This document shows, in pieces, positions 19,667-29,476 of a stretch of 64,000 bases of DNA (the first letter of the stretch is position 1; every line of letters begins with the position of its first letter). The stretch is from Myxococcales bacterium. GTDB lineage: Bacteria > Myxococcota_A > Polyangia > Polyangiales > Polyangiaceae. The notes beneath the pieces are model-generated. The model saw only the letters and a list, made by a program, of their open reading frames with translations. It had not been told where the DNA came from and did not search any database. A program made the position numbers and the translations under genes. The stretch is taken from contig JAYTOU010000016.1 of assembly GCA_043747615.1 (NCBI GenBank), forward strand, positions 1 to 64,000, given 5' to 3'.

Positions 19667-21385
19667 ATGAAAACGTTCGGAGGGGTTGTTCGTTTGTCTT
19701 TCCTGTTGAGGAATGCAGCGCCGATTTTCGCCGGAGCCGCGATGTGCACGCAAATGATCGCGTGTGCAGACGAAAATGATCCGAAGACGTGGGTCAAACG
19801 ACTCGACGATCCGGCGCAGCGATCGACGGCGGTGAAGCGCCTCTCGGATTACTTCAACGACCAGATGACAAAATCCGGCAACGACCGCGAGAAGCCTGAA
19901 ATCAAGGCACTTCTCGACGTGATCGTGGAGCCGATGACCAAGGTCTACACCGCCGGGACGCTCGACGAGAAGACCCGCAAAGAGCTGATGAAGACGCTCG
20001 CCGACACCCGCGACGCGCGCACGACGCCCGCTCTCGCCAAGGCGTTCAGCGACTACGAGCCCGGCAAGAACGACGAGGACGTGAAGTTCGCCGCGCAATC
20101 CGTGAACGGAATGGCGACCGCAGGAAAGCTCACCGACCAAGGCGTCATCGACGCGCTGTGGACCGTCTTCTCCAAGTTCCAGGTGTCGAAAGCGAAGTCC
20201 ATCGAGCTGGTGAAGGCGCTCCACGAGGCTGTGCTCGCCGTGAAGAGCCCAAGCTACGGCCCGAAGGCAGTCGAGAAGCTCGGCGCGGCGGTCACACCGG
20301 ACGTCGACTCGCAGAAGGATCAGATCCAGTTCTGGCAGCTCACGAGCATCCAGGTGATCAAGCTGATCAAGTACGCCCCGGCGGTCAAGCCGCTGGTGAT
20401 CGTGCTCCTCACGCCGTCGAAATCGGATCTTCGAGCGACCGCCAGCTCCGCGCTCCTCACGATGGGGAAGGAAGCGGAGCCGGTGCTACTCGCCGCCTTC
20501 AACGCTACGGATCCGGACCTCGCGAAGCTCGCCTTCGCCGACAAGACCCACCTGACCATCCTCGCCGACACGCTCGGCGCGATCTCCCGCCCCGGCGGAA
20601 AAGAAGCCATCTTGAAGGCGCTCCCGGGCGTCGACAACGAGACCAACCGACGCTGGCTGGCGACGTCGCTCGTCAAGTTCCCAACCGACGCGCGCACCAT
20701 CGCGGCCTTCGAGGACGCGTACAAGAAGATGCCTTCCGCTTCGAACGAAGACATCGCTGCCCGCGGTGCGGTCGCCCAGGCCACCTCGCAATTTTACGAC
20801 GCAACCGTCGTTGATTTCCTCCTCAAGGAGATCACGGCGGCCAAGGGTGACAACGCGAGCGCGCTCCAGATCCCCGCGCTCGAAGCGGCGATCAAGCTGA
20901 TGGTGCCTGCGCAGCAAGCCGGCGTCGGCGCGGCGGTGGCCAAGCTCACGGCCTTCATGGCCCACAACGGCACCGAGACGGAGCGCGGACAAATGGGCCT
21001 GATCAAAGGCCTCTACGACGCCTCGGTCACCACCCTGCAGAAGTGCGGGCAAGACGCGGGCTGCTACGTCAAGGTGCTCGACGAGCCGATCGTCTCCGGC
21101 GCCGGCGGAAACTCCAAGGCCATCAAGGCCGCGTGGATGGCGGCCATGTACGGCAACGACGCGACGCGCGCCGCTCTCACAGCGAAGGTCACCAACGTCA
21201 GGAATCCGGGAGCACGGCTGGCGCTCGTCGAAGCCATCGACCATCTCGCACCGAAGGGAGATACAGCGGCGGCCGGCACCCTCGAGAAGGTGGTCGAAGC
21301 GGACACGGCGAGCGGCAACAAGGACCTGCAAGCCGGCGACGACGTCGTCGTGAAGGTCGCGCTCCGTCTGCGAGCGCGCTCCTAA
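19667..21385 (+). CDS. HEAT-repeat lipoprotein
   Basis: Lipobox MIAC; GGAGG RBS; all-helical HEAT-like repeats (AVKPLVIVL...LRATASSALLTMG). Confidence 0.75.
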   Translation: MKTFGGVVRLSFLLRNAAPIFAGAAMCTQMIACADENDPKTWVKRLDDPAQRSTAVKRLSDYFNDQMTKSGNDREKPEIKALLDVIVEPMTKVYTAGTLDEKTRKELMKTLADTRDARTTPALAKAFSDYEPGKNDEDVKFAAQSVNGMATAGKLTDQGVIDALWTVFSKFQVSKAKSIELVKALHEAVLAVKSPSYGPKAVEKLGAAVTPDVDSQKDQIQFWQLTSIQVIKLIKYAPAVKPLVIVLLTPSKSDLRATASSALLTMGKEAEPVLLAAFNATDPDLAKLAFADKTHLTILADTLGAISRPGGKEAILKALPGVDNETNRRWLATSLVKFPTDARTIAAFEDAYKKMPSASNEDIAARGAVAQATSQFYDATVVDFLLKEITAAKGDNASALQIPALEAAIKLMVPAQQAGVGAAVAKLTAFMAHNGTETERGQMGLIKGLYDASVTTLQKCGQDAGCYVKVLDEPIVSGAGGNSKAIKAAWMAAMYGNDATRAALTAKVTNVRNPGARLALVEAIDHLAPKGDTAAAGTLEKVVEADTASGNKDLQAGDDVVVKVALRLRARS

Positions 21386-21394
21386 GCCCAGTAC

Positions 21395-23347
21395 ATGATT
21401 CGGCTCGAGGTAAAGAGAGGGGAGCTCGTCGGCAAACTGCTCGAGTCGTCCGCAGATGCGGTGCACATCGGGCGCGCCGAGGGCAACGACCTCCTCTTGC
21501 CCGACGAGCTCGTCTCGAGCGATCACGCACGCATCGTCTACCTCGGTGATCGCTACGTCCTTCGCGATCAGCGCTCCACGAACGGAACGGCGATCGTGCG
21601 TGGCCGAGAGCGGATCGTCCTCGAGGACGGCAACGAGCGCGAGTCCACTCTGCTCACCGGAGACGTCATCGAATTCGGCTCCGGCGACAAGCTGGTGACG
21701 CTCACGGTGGGCATCGAAGAAGAGGCCGATGAGTCGCGCGTCGTCGCCATGCGCCGCATCGACGAGATGGACGCCGCTGCCGCGCGCGCTCCCGAGAAAG
21801 ATACCACCCGCCTTCGCATCCTCTACGAAGCGCAGACGAAGATCGGCGCGGCCGGCGAGCTGAATAACGTGCTCCTCGCGATCTGCGATGCCGCGTTCGA
21901 GATGGTCCCCAAGGCAACCCACGTCAGCATCATTCTCCGCGACGAAGAGGAAGAGGGTCTCCGGGCGGCAAATGTCTCCGGCTACGTCCCGGTGATGACG
22001 CGCGTCCGCGGGCAAGATGGTCCTACGAGCGGCCCGATTCCGATCACACGCAGCGTGTTCCGCAAGGTGGTGACCGAGCGCGCCGCCGTTCTTGCCGCCG
22101 ACGCGCCGCGCGAAGTGGGGAGCAGCGAGTCCCTGATGGGCGCCCAGATCCGCTCGACGCTCGGCGTGCCTCTCTGGCGCGGCCAGGAGATTCTCGGCGT
22201 CCTGCAAATGGACAACCGCGAGAGCACCGGCGTCTTCACCAGCGCCGATCTCGAGCTCGTGGCCCTACTCGCGCACAACATTTCTCTCGCCGTAGCCAAC
22301 GCTCGTCTCGTGAAGAGACTCAAGGCCGCCGAGGAGCGCCTCAAGAAAGAGAACGCCTTCCTCAAAGGGCGCGAAGAGACCAGGCGCACGGGGGGACGGG
22401 GCGCACAGCAGGAGATCATCGGCGGCAGCTCGGCGATGCGTGCGCTCAATCAACAGCTCGAGAAAGTCGTCGACACCCGGGTCACCGTGCTCATCGAAGG
22501 CGAGACCGGCGTCGGCAAAGAGCTCATCGCCGCGGCGGTGCACTACCGCTCGAAGCGGCGCGACAAACTGTTCGTCGGCCAGAACTGCGCGGCGATGCCC
22601 GAGAACCTTCTCGAGAGCGAGCTCTTCGGTCACAAGAAAGGCTCGTTCACCGGCGCCCACGAAGACAAGAAAGGCCTCTTCGAGATCGCCGACGAAGGCA
22701 CGCTCTTCCTCGACGAAGTCACCGAGATGCCGCTCTCCTTGCAATCGAAGCTTCTGCGCGTGCTTCAGGAAGGGGAAATTCGTCCGGTCGGATCGACCCA
22801 AGAAAAGCGGGTGAACGTGCGCATCGTCGCCGCCACCAACCGCAACCTGGAGAAGGAGGTGGAGGGCGGGCGCTTTCGCGAAGATCTCTACTATCGCTTG
22901 AAGGTCTTTCCGTTGCGCGTGCCGCCTCTCCGCGAACGACGCGAGGACATCCCGGTGCTAGCGACGTACTTTCTCGCGCGCTTCTCCACCGAGCTCGGCA
23001 AGCCCGCGGCGGGCTTCTCGCAGCAGGCCATGGAGCTCCTCCAGAGCTACGATTTCCCGGGGAACGTGCGCGAGCTACAGAACGAGGTGCAGCGGCTCGT
23101 CATCCAGATCGAGCCCGGCGGCTTCGTGACTCCCGAGCTGCTCTCACCGCGGGTCCGCCAGATCGAAGGCGTCATCGAGCGCGTGCGGCCCACCAAAGGC
23201 ACGCTCAAAGAGATGATGAATCACCTCGAGCGGTGGCTCCTCATCGAGGCGCTGCGCGAGCATCAGAACAACAAAACGGCGGCCGCAAAATCGCTGGGCA
23301 TCACCCGCGAAGGGCTCCACAAAAAACTGCGTTCGTTCGGTCTCTGA
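21395..23347 (+). CDS. FHA-GAF-sigma-54 enhancer-binding protein (Fis HTH)
   Basis: FHA IGR...VSSDHA...STNGT; GAF; GETGVGKE, GSFTGA, FLDE, FREDLYYRL; C-terminal HTH. Confidence 0.95.
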   Translation: MIRLEVKRGELVGKLLESSADAVHIGRAEGNDLLLPDELVSSDHARIVYLGDRYVLRDQRSTNGTAIVRGRERIVLEDGNERESTLLTGDVIEFGSGDKLVTLTVGIEEEADESRVVAMRRIDEMDAAAARAPEKDTTRLRILYEAQTKIGAAGELNNVLLAICDAAFEMVPKATHVSIILRDEEEEGLRAANVSGYVPVMTRVRGQDGPTSGPIPITRSVFRKVVTERAAVLAADAPREVGSSESLMGAQIRSTLGVPLWRGQEILGVLQMDNRESTGVFTSADLELVALLAHNISLAVANARLVKRLKAAEERLKKENAFLKGREETRRTGGRGAQQEIIGGSSAMRALNQQLEKVVDTRVTVLIEGETGVGKELIAAAVHYRSKRRDKLFVGQNCAAMPENLLESELFGHKKGSFTGAHEDKKGLFEIADEGTLFLDEVTEMPLSLQSKLLRVLQEGEIRPVGSTQEKRVNVRIVAATNRNLEKEVEGGRFREDLYYRLKVFPLRVPPLRERREDIPVLATYFLARFSTELGKPAAGFSQQAMELLQSYDFPGNVRELQNEVQRLVIQIEPGGFVTPELLSPRVRQIEGVIERVRPTKGTLKEMMNHLERWLLIEALREHQNNKTAAAKSLGITREGLHKKLRSFGL

Positions 23348-23780
23348 CGGGCGCGACATAGGGAGCCTCGGTGCGCGGGTCGATGCAGCCTGGGCAAACT
23401 TCGAGGAGCGGCAAGAGTGCGAACGCTCGCTCCACGAGGCGCGGGTGGGGCACGGTCAAGCGCGGACCGTCGATCCTCGTTCGCTCCGCCCACAAGATGT
23501 CGAGATCGATCGCACGTGGCCCCCAGCGCTCACTGGGCACGCGACCGAGGGTGCGCTCGATGCCTTGAAGCTTGTCGAGGAGCAGCAGGAGGTCGTGATC
23601 CCATCTGAGGAGGACCGCTCCATTCAAGAAGTGCGGTTGCGGCGGGCCACCGACCGGCGCGCTCTCGCGGACCGACGAAACATGGGTGACCGCTGCAATC
23701 CTGCCCAGTGCCTCCGTGGCCGCTCGGAGCGTCGTGAGGCGGTCGCCGAGGTTCGCGCCGAGCCCGACAGCGACGTTCAT
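23301..23780 (-). CDS. folK: 2-amino-4-hydroxy-6-hydroxymethyldihydropteridine diphosphokinase
   Basis: GLGANLGD, FLNG, RWGPRAIDLDIL, LTVPHPR; 3' end overlaps the convergent EBP gene by 47 nt. Confidence 0.93.
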   Translation of the reverse strand: MNVAVGLGANLGDRLTTLRAATEALGRIAAVTHVSSVRESAPVGGPPQPHFLNGAVLLRWDHDLLLLLDKLQGIERTLGRVPSERWGPRAIDLDILWAERTRIDGPRLTVPHPRLVERAFALLPLLEVCPGCIDPRTEAPYVAPVRDRTNAVFCGALRG

Positions 23781-23792
23781 CTCAGGTGGCGC

Positions 23793-24410
23793 TCAGGGGA
23801 TGGAGCCTTGGAGCTCGAGCGGGTTCGAGAGCTTCCCCTGGAAGCCGCCGTTGACCACGCCGTCCTGCACGAAGAAGAAATACGAAGCGTCCGCGACACC
23901 GCTGATCGAGCCCCGGAGGACGATGCTCGCGCCTGGCTTGGTGTCGAAGAACACGCCTTGGACGGTGGTGCTCGTCGTGCTCGTGGCGTGCACGTTTTGC
24001 GGGTCGTCCGTGAGCGCGTCGCGGTCGCTGAGATTGTCGGCCTTCACATTCGAGACCGAGCCCGACTGCACGCTTGCCTGGACGTCGAACGCGCACGACT
24101 GGTGCGAGCCGTTGGGCGACGACGTGTCGCACGTCCACCAGACGTGCCAATGCCCGCCACTGGCGTACTCGGTAAAGATTCCAACTCCGTCACCGGGAGT
24201 GGCGGTCATCGTCTTGTTGGTGTCGACGACCACGAGGATCGGCGCCCCATTTGAAGCGGTGCCCGAGCTCCCGGACCCAGAGGGCGCGGGTCCCGGGTAG
24301 ACGGCGGTTGGGCGCGGCGGCGGGTCTGGGTCGCTGCTTTCGACGACGCAGGCCACTCCGAATGTGGCAATGGCGCCCATCGCGGCAATACGAAGAATCG
24401 TAAACGGCGT
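23793..24410 (-). CDS. Hypothetical lipoprotein
   Basis: Lipobox GVAC, Pro-rich linker, beta-rich C-terminal domain; exact start uncertain (24410-24434). Confidence 0.7.
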   Translation of the reverse strand, partial: TPFTILRIAAMGAIATFGVACVVESSDPDPPPRPTAVYPGPAPSGSGSSGTASNGAPILVVVDTNKTMTATPGDGVGIFTEYASGGHWHVWWTCDTSSPNGSHQSCAFDVQASVQSGSVSNVKADNLSDRDALTDDPQNVHATSTTSTTVQGVFFDTKPGASIVLRGSISGVADASYFFFVQDGVVNGGFQGKLSNPLELQGSIP

Positions 24411-24484
24411 CATCACGAAGGTCCTCTCGAGCAAAGTTCAATCCGGGAAACGAAGGGCTTACGTAGTGAGCTCAATCGCCGCGC

Positions 24485-25969
24485 TTAGCGACGGCCCCGC
24501 GAGAATCCGCCGCCGCCGCCACCGTGGGAAGGAGCAGAGAACGACGGGTGTGACGAGGGAGCGCTGTGGAAGCTAGGCGCCGACGATGGCGAGCTGTGAA
24601 AGCTCGGTGACGACGACGAAAAGCTTGGTGAGGAAGAACGGAAGCTAGGCGACGGAGAGTAGCTAGGCGCCGCCGAATGGGACCCACCGAAGCCCGAGGA
24701 AGGCGAGGACCCGAAGCTCGGGTGCGATGAGTAGCTCGGGCTGCTGCCGTAGCTCGGGCTGGAATAGTGCGACGGCAGCTGAGTGGGCCGCTGCTGCGAG
24801 GGCAACGGCATTGGCCGCGCGTACGGAGCGCTCACACCGTTCCTCGACGGCGCGTAGCTCGGTGCGTGCGCCGTCGCCCCGAAGGAAGAAGGCGTTGAGG
24901 TCGAACCAAGTGAGCGGGTTCCGTTTGCGATCGGTGCGCTTGAGGGGATGCGCTCGGGACGCGAGGACATAGCCGCCGTGGGCGGGCGACCACCCGCAGC
25001 TTGCGCGGTCGCCGGCTGCGAGAACTGCTGGGCCCGCATGAGCCCGCGATCCTGCTGGTGGGGCGGCGCCGGAATCGACGCGGCCTGGATGCCGAGGCGG
25101 CCCGGAGGCGGTCCGGAGCTGGCGACTGCAGGGTGCGCGAGCTGGCGCCCGCCCGCGTTCACCGTAGGCGTGGCTGGGACGAAGGGGCGCGTGCCCACTG
25201 CGACGGCGGCGACCTGGGGACCTTGGACGATGTACCCTCCGACACCAGGACGGAAGAGGTCGCCCGTTCCGCAGAAGACGTAAGGCGAAGGCGAAACGCC
25301 GTAGATCCCGTACGCGTAGCCACCACGCCAGTACCAGGTCGGCTGGTACGGAGCCCAGCCGACATAGCCGTAGCCGTCATAGCCTGTGCGCCACGAAACC
25401 CATGCGCCGGAGTACTGCCGACCAGGGATCCACGACCAGCCGCGACCGGTGATGTAGACCCAGCGCCCGTAGTGGAACGGAGCCCAGCCCCAGTCGTAGT
25501 CCGAGACCCAGACGTAATCGGTGTCGTAGGTCCAGTGGCCGGCGGTGACGTACGGGGAGAAGTCGTGGCCGACGACCGTGGAGGAAGGGGTCCACACCGT
25601 GCCGTAATTCGGATCGTCCTGCCACGCGCCGTACGGGTCGAGCGTGCTTCGGAAATCGGTGAGAGCGCTCGGGTCGGTGTCGGCGTAGCTGTTCGCGTCG
25701 ACGCCAATCGCGATGTCGCCCTCGCCACTGAGGCCGCCGTTTGCTTCGTCGATGCGCTGGGGGGCCGCGGCGCCCGGCGGGATCGCTTCGAGGCTCGCCG
25801 AGCGCTGAGGATGCGCAGACAGCTCCTCGGCCGTGTTGATGCCGACGCCACCCTGAGGATACTGCGCGGGCTCCCTCTCTTCTTCGATGTTGCCACAAGC
25901 AGTGAGGGTCGGCGCTGCCATCACGATGGCGGCCGGCAAAACCCAGGCGGACAGGAAGGAGAAATTCAT
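24485..25969 (-). CDS. DUF6600-like (W/Y/G/P-rich) lipoprotein with Ser/Gly low-complexity tail
   Basis: Lipobox LTAC; LDPYGAW...YGTVW.P...PY..GHW...WVSDYDWGWAPFHYGRW...W.PG..Y.GAWV.WR. Confidence 0.8.
   Translation of the reverse strand: MNFSFLSAWVLPAAIVMAAPTLTACGNIEEEREPAQYPQGGVGINTAEELSAHPQRSASLEAIPPGAAAPQRIDEANGGLSGEGDIAIGVDANSYADTDPSALTDFRSTLDPYGAWQDDPNYGTVWTPSSTVVGHDFSPYVTAGHWTYDTDYVWVSDYDWGWAPFHYGRWVYITGRGWSWIPGRQYSGAWVSWRTGYDGYGYVGWAPYQPTWYWRGGYAYGIYGVSPSPYVFCGTGDLFRPGVGGYIVQGPQVAAVAVGTRPFVPATPTVNAGGRQLAHPAVASSGPPPGRLGIQAASIPAPPHQQDRGLMRAQQFSQPATAQAAGGRPPTAAMSSRPERIPSSAPIANGTRSLGSTSTPSSFGATAHAPSYAPSRNGVSAPYARPMPLPSQQRPTQLPSHYSSPSYGSSPSYSSHPSFGSSPSSGFGGSHSAAPSYSPSPSFRSSSPSFSSSSPSFHSSPSSAPSFHSAPSSHPSFSAPSHGGGGGGFSRGRR
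24500..24790 (-). repeat. Degenerate tandem repeats encoding SSPS[FY]/APS[FY]
   Basis: Repeated GAAGCT[AC]GG / GTAGCTCGGG units on the plus strand; protein YSSPSYGSSPSYSSHPSFGSSPS...SSPSFHSSPS. Confidence 0.7.
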
Positions 25970-26321
25970 TGCAGCCTCCGGCCTTGGTAGACCTTGTACT
26001 CGGCGTCGCAGATCTCATCTCGGTTCATCGCGTACGCCTCCTTGGTGACTAAGACAGAAGGTACTCATGCAACCCCCAGTCCGCACGCCGCAGAAGCGGA
26101 AAAAGTGGCGGACTCCTAAGGTTTTGACCGACCTTTGGCGCTGGTCAATCCCCGGTGCGCGGGCAATTTGTCCCGCTTCAATGACGGGAAGGGGCAAACG
26201 AGGACAATCAGCAGGTCTATCGCTTCCCAAAAAGCGGGCGGCATCCGAAAAACCGAATAAGATTTCCGGAGCGACACGACGTCAGGCAGGCGGAGTGTCA
26301 CGCGACTGAGGAGATTCCCTG

Positions 26322-28391
26322 ATGGCCGAGACCCCGCGCACACCCATGACCGAGCGGATCGCCGCGATGCAGGACTTCAATCTGTACCGCGAGCTCCATT
26401 GGGAGGGCTCCTTCGAGGAGTACCTCCAGATCGTCCGCGAACGTCCCACGGTGACGCGAAACGCTTATCAGCGCGTTTACGACATGATCATCAGCTACGG
26501 GACCGAGGAGTACATCGACAACAAGAAGAAGCTTGTAAGATACAACTTCTTCAAGGACGAGACCTTCGGCGGGGCGAACGCGATCTTCGGCCTGGATATC
26601 CCGCTGATGCGTCTCGTGCACGTCCTCAAAGCGGCGAGCGAAGGGTACGGGCCCGAGAAGCGCGTCATCCTTCTCCATGGACCGGTGGGCTCGTCGAAGA
26701 GCACGATTGCTCGCCTGCTGAAGCAGGGCATCGAGAGCTACTCACGCACGCCGGACGGTGCGCTCTACTCGTTCGATTGGGTGAACCTCAAAGGAACGGG
26801 TCTCTCTGGGAACGAGGAGGCCGAGCGCTTCCCCAGCCCGATGAACGAGGAGCCGCTGCGCCTGATTCCGCCGGAGTGGCGCGCGAAGGCGATCGACGAG
26901 CTGAAGCTCTCGAACGACCAGCACAAGATCAAAGTGGAGGGGGATCTCGATCCCGCGAGCCGCTTCATCATCAAGCACCTGCTCATCAAGTACGACGGCG
27001 ACTGGTCGAAGATCGTGGCGAACCACATTCGTTGCCGGCGGTTGATCCTCTCCGAAAAAGATCGCGTCGGTATTGGAACGTTCCAGCCGAAGGACGAGAA
27101 AAACCAGGATTCGACCGAGCTCACCGGCGACATCAACTACCGAAAAATCGCCGAATACGGGAGCGACTCGGACCCCCGCGCGTTCAACTTCGACGGCGAG
27201 TTCAATATCGCCAACCGCGGCATCGTCGAGTTCATCGAGGTGCTGAAGCTCGACGTGGCCTTCCTCTACGATCTCCTCGGCGCCTCGCAAGAGCACCGCA
27301 TCAAGCCGAAAAAATTCGCCCAGACGGACATCGACGAGGTGATCCTCGGGCACACGAACGAAGCGGAATACAAGAAGCTCCTGAACAACGAGTTCATGGA
27401 AGCGCTCCGCGACCGCACGATCAAAATCGACATCCCCTACATCACCAAGCTCACCGAAGAGATCCGGATCTACGAAAAGGATTTCAACCAGAAGAAGATC
27501 AAGGCCAAGCACATCGCGCCGCACTCTCTCGAGGTCGCGGCGATGTGGGCGGTGATGACCCGCCTCGAGGATCCGAAAAAGCACAACCTGTCGCTCGTGC
27601 AGAAGATGAAGCTCTACGACGGCAAGGTCCTCCCCGGATACACGCAGGACACCGTGAAGGAGCTACGCAAGGAGGCGAAGCGCGAGGGAATGGAAGGCAT
27701 CTCTCCGCGTTACGTGCAGGACAAGATCTCGAACGCACTCGTTAACGACTCCGGCGAAGGGACGATCAACCCTTTCATGGTCATGAACGAGCTCGAAAAA
27801 GGCCTCCGGCATCACTCGCTCATCACGAACGACGAGCAGCGAAAGCGCTACACCGAGATCATCAGCCTGGTGAAGCGCGAGTACGAAGAGGTGGTGAAGA
27901 ACGAAGTGCAGCGCGCGATCAGCGCGGACGAAGACGCCGTCGCCAAGCTCGCAGGCAATTACATCGACAACATCAAGGCCTACGCTCTCAAGGAAAAGGT
28001 CAAGAATAAATACACCGGGCAGGACGAAGAGCCGGACGAGCGCTTGATGCGATCGATCGAAGAGAAGATCGACATCGCCGAAAATCGCAAAGACGACTTC
28101 CGTCGCGAGATCATGAACTTCATCGGAGCGCTCGCCGTCGACGGCAAGAAGTTCTTGTGGTCGACCAACGATCGCCTGCGGCGCGCCCTCGAATTGAAGC
28201 TCTTCGAGGATCAAAAAGACTCGATCAAGCTGAAGACGCTCGTCTCCGCGGTGGTCGACAAAGACACCCAGGAGAAGATCGACATCATCAAGACCCGGCT
28301 CATCAAGAACTTCGGTTACAACGAAGTCAGCGCGACCGACGTCCTCAATTACGTGGCGTCGATCTTCGCGCGCGGTGACGCGAAGGATTGA
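26322..28391 (+). CDS. prkA: PrkA/YeaG-family AAA serine protein kinase
   Basis: [68 protein letters not shown]. Confidence 0.95.
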   Translation: MAETPRTPMTERIAAMQDFNLYRELHWEGSFEEYLQIVRERPTVTRNAYQRVYDMIISYGTEEYIDNKKKLVRYNFFKDETFGGANAIFGLDIPLMRLVHVLKAASEGYGPEKRVILLHGPVGSSKSTIARLLKQGIESYSRTPDGALYSFDWVNLKGTGLSGNEEAERFPSPMNEEPLRLIPPEWRAKAIDELKLSNDQHKIKVEGDLDPASRFIIKHLLIKYDGDWSKIVANHIRCRRLILSEKDRVGIGTFQPKDEKNQDSTELTGDINYRKIAEYGSDSDPRAFNFDGEFNIANRGIVEFIEVLKLDVAFLYDLLGASQEHRIKPKKFAQTDIDEVILGHTNEAEYKKLLNNEFMEALRDRTIKIDIPYITKLTEEIRIYEKDFNQKKIKAKHIAPHSLEVAAMWAVMTRLEDPKKHNLSLVQKMKLYDGKVLPGYTQDTVKELRKEAKREGMEGISPRYVQDKISNALVNDSGEGTINPFMVMNELEKGLRHHSLITNDEQRKRYTEIISLVKREYEEVVKNEVQRAISADEDAVAKLAGNYIDNIKAYALKEKVKNKYTGQDEEPDERLMRSIEEKIDIAENRKDDFRREIMNFIGALAVDGKKFLWSTNDRLRRALELKLFEDQKDSIKLKTLVSAVVDKDTQEKIDIIKTRLIKNFGYNEVSATDVLNYVASIFARGDAKD

Positions 28392-28483
28392 AGAGCGGGT
28401 GTAGCCGAAACTTGACGCAAGGGGTCGCGGAGCCTAAAAAAGCGCCTCTTTCGTCGAGTACGGCCTTTGCTGTCGAGCGCACC

Positions 28484-29177
28484 ATGAAAACTTTTCAGCA
28501 CGTGACTTCCATCGGGCTTCTCATCATTGGCTTCTCTTCATCTGGCTGCGGAACGGTGAAGAAGGTGAACGCCGTTCTCGATTCAGCGAATCAGACAGCC
28601 CAAAGCGTCAACCAGCTCGCCAAGAACTTCAACGAAACGCTCAATCAGCTCAAAGCGCAGGCCAAGACGCCGACGACCGCTGCGCCGGTTTCCGAAGCAA
28701 GCGTCCCGGCTCTGCCCGCGATGGCAACGGGCGGCATCGACACGACCAAGCCCGTCTCCGGAAAATCGGGAAGCGGAATGGCGGACATCGAAGGAAGCGG
28801 CACGGCGGAGCCGGTCAGGGTCTTCGAGGCAGACGCGATGGTCGTGGCAACGAACTCCGTTCACACCCTCGGGATCGCGACGAGCGACGACGTTCCTCGC
28901 TTGGCAAGGGACGACGGAAGCAGGCGACGAAGGTCAGTGTTACCTCGGCTGGGAGCACCAAGGAAAGGTGTGGTTCGAGATCGCCGCGTGCGGAGGAACG
29001 AGCGCGCAGGTGTGCAGCGATGACGGCGCCGCTGTGGTCTGCTCGGCATGCGACCACGCAGGCAACTGCAGTCCGTGCGACGAGACCAAGCCCCTGAGCG
29101 CGTGCACGCCGTCTGCCGGCACCGATGCCGCCGAGCCGGGAATCGACCACGATGCGTCCAACCCCGACGCGGGCTGA
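28484..29177 (+). pseudogene. Lipoprotein gene with an internal frameshift (pseudogene or sequencing error)
   Basis: Frame from ATG 28484 (lipobox SSGC) degrades into Arg-rich sequence after ~28885, while the +1 frame reads TTFLAWQGTTEAGDEGQCYLGWEHQGKVWFEIAAC...CSAC...CSPC to TGA 29177. Confidence 0.65.
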
Positions 29178-29206
29178 CGACAGAAAGCGTGAGAGAAAGG
29201 TTTCGC

Positions 29207-29470
29207 ATGAGCACACTGAAGAAGAATCTGATGAAGCAAGGGATGAAGCTCATGAGCGATCCCCGCGTGATGAAGATGATGCAGGACGAGCGCGTCATGA
29301 AGGCCGTGATGGCCGCCATGAGCATCCCCGGCAAAGTCGAGACGTTCGGTCACGACTCGGTCGAGAAGATCGCCAAAGCGATGGCCCTCGCAACCGAAGA
29401 CGAAGTCAAGGATCTCAAACGCACCGTCCGCCGCCTCGAAGAGGAAGTGGCGCGGATGCAGAAGAAGTAG
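29207..29470 (+). CDS. Small Met-rich coiled-coil protein
   Basis: GAAAGG RBS; MSTLKKNLMKQGMKLMSDPRV...LATEDEVKDLKRTVRRLEEEV; coding-type codon usage. Confidence 0.8.
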   Translation: MSTLKKNLMKQGMKLMSDPRVMKMMQDERVMKAVMAAMSIPGKVETFGHDSVEKIAKAMALATEDEVKDLKRTVRRLEEEVARMQKK

Positions 29471-29476
29471 CGCCGA

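Noticed and set aside
24430..24445. Sigma-54-like CGGATTGAACTTTGCT upstream of the 23793 lipoprotein gene
   Set aside because: The implied TSS would fall downstream of the apparent GAGGA RBS; likely a chance match
24485..24790. Repeated GAAGCTAGGCG/GAAGCTCGG units as a possible CRISPR or REP array
   Set aside because: Short, degenerate, in frame, no unique spacers and no cas genes; explained by the Ser-Pro protein tail
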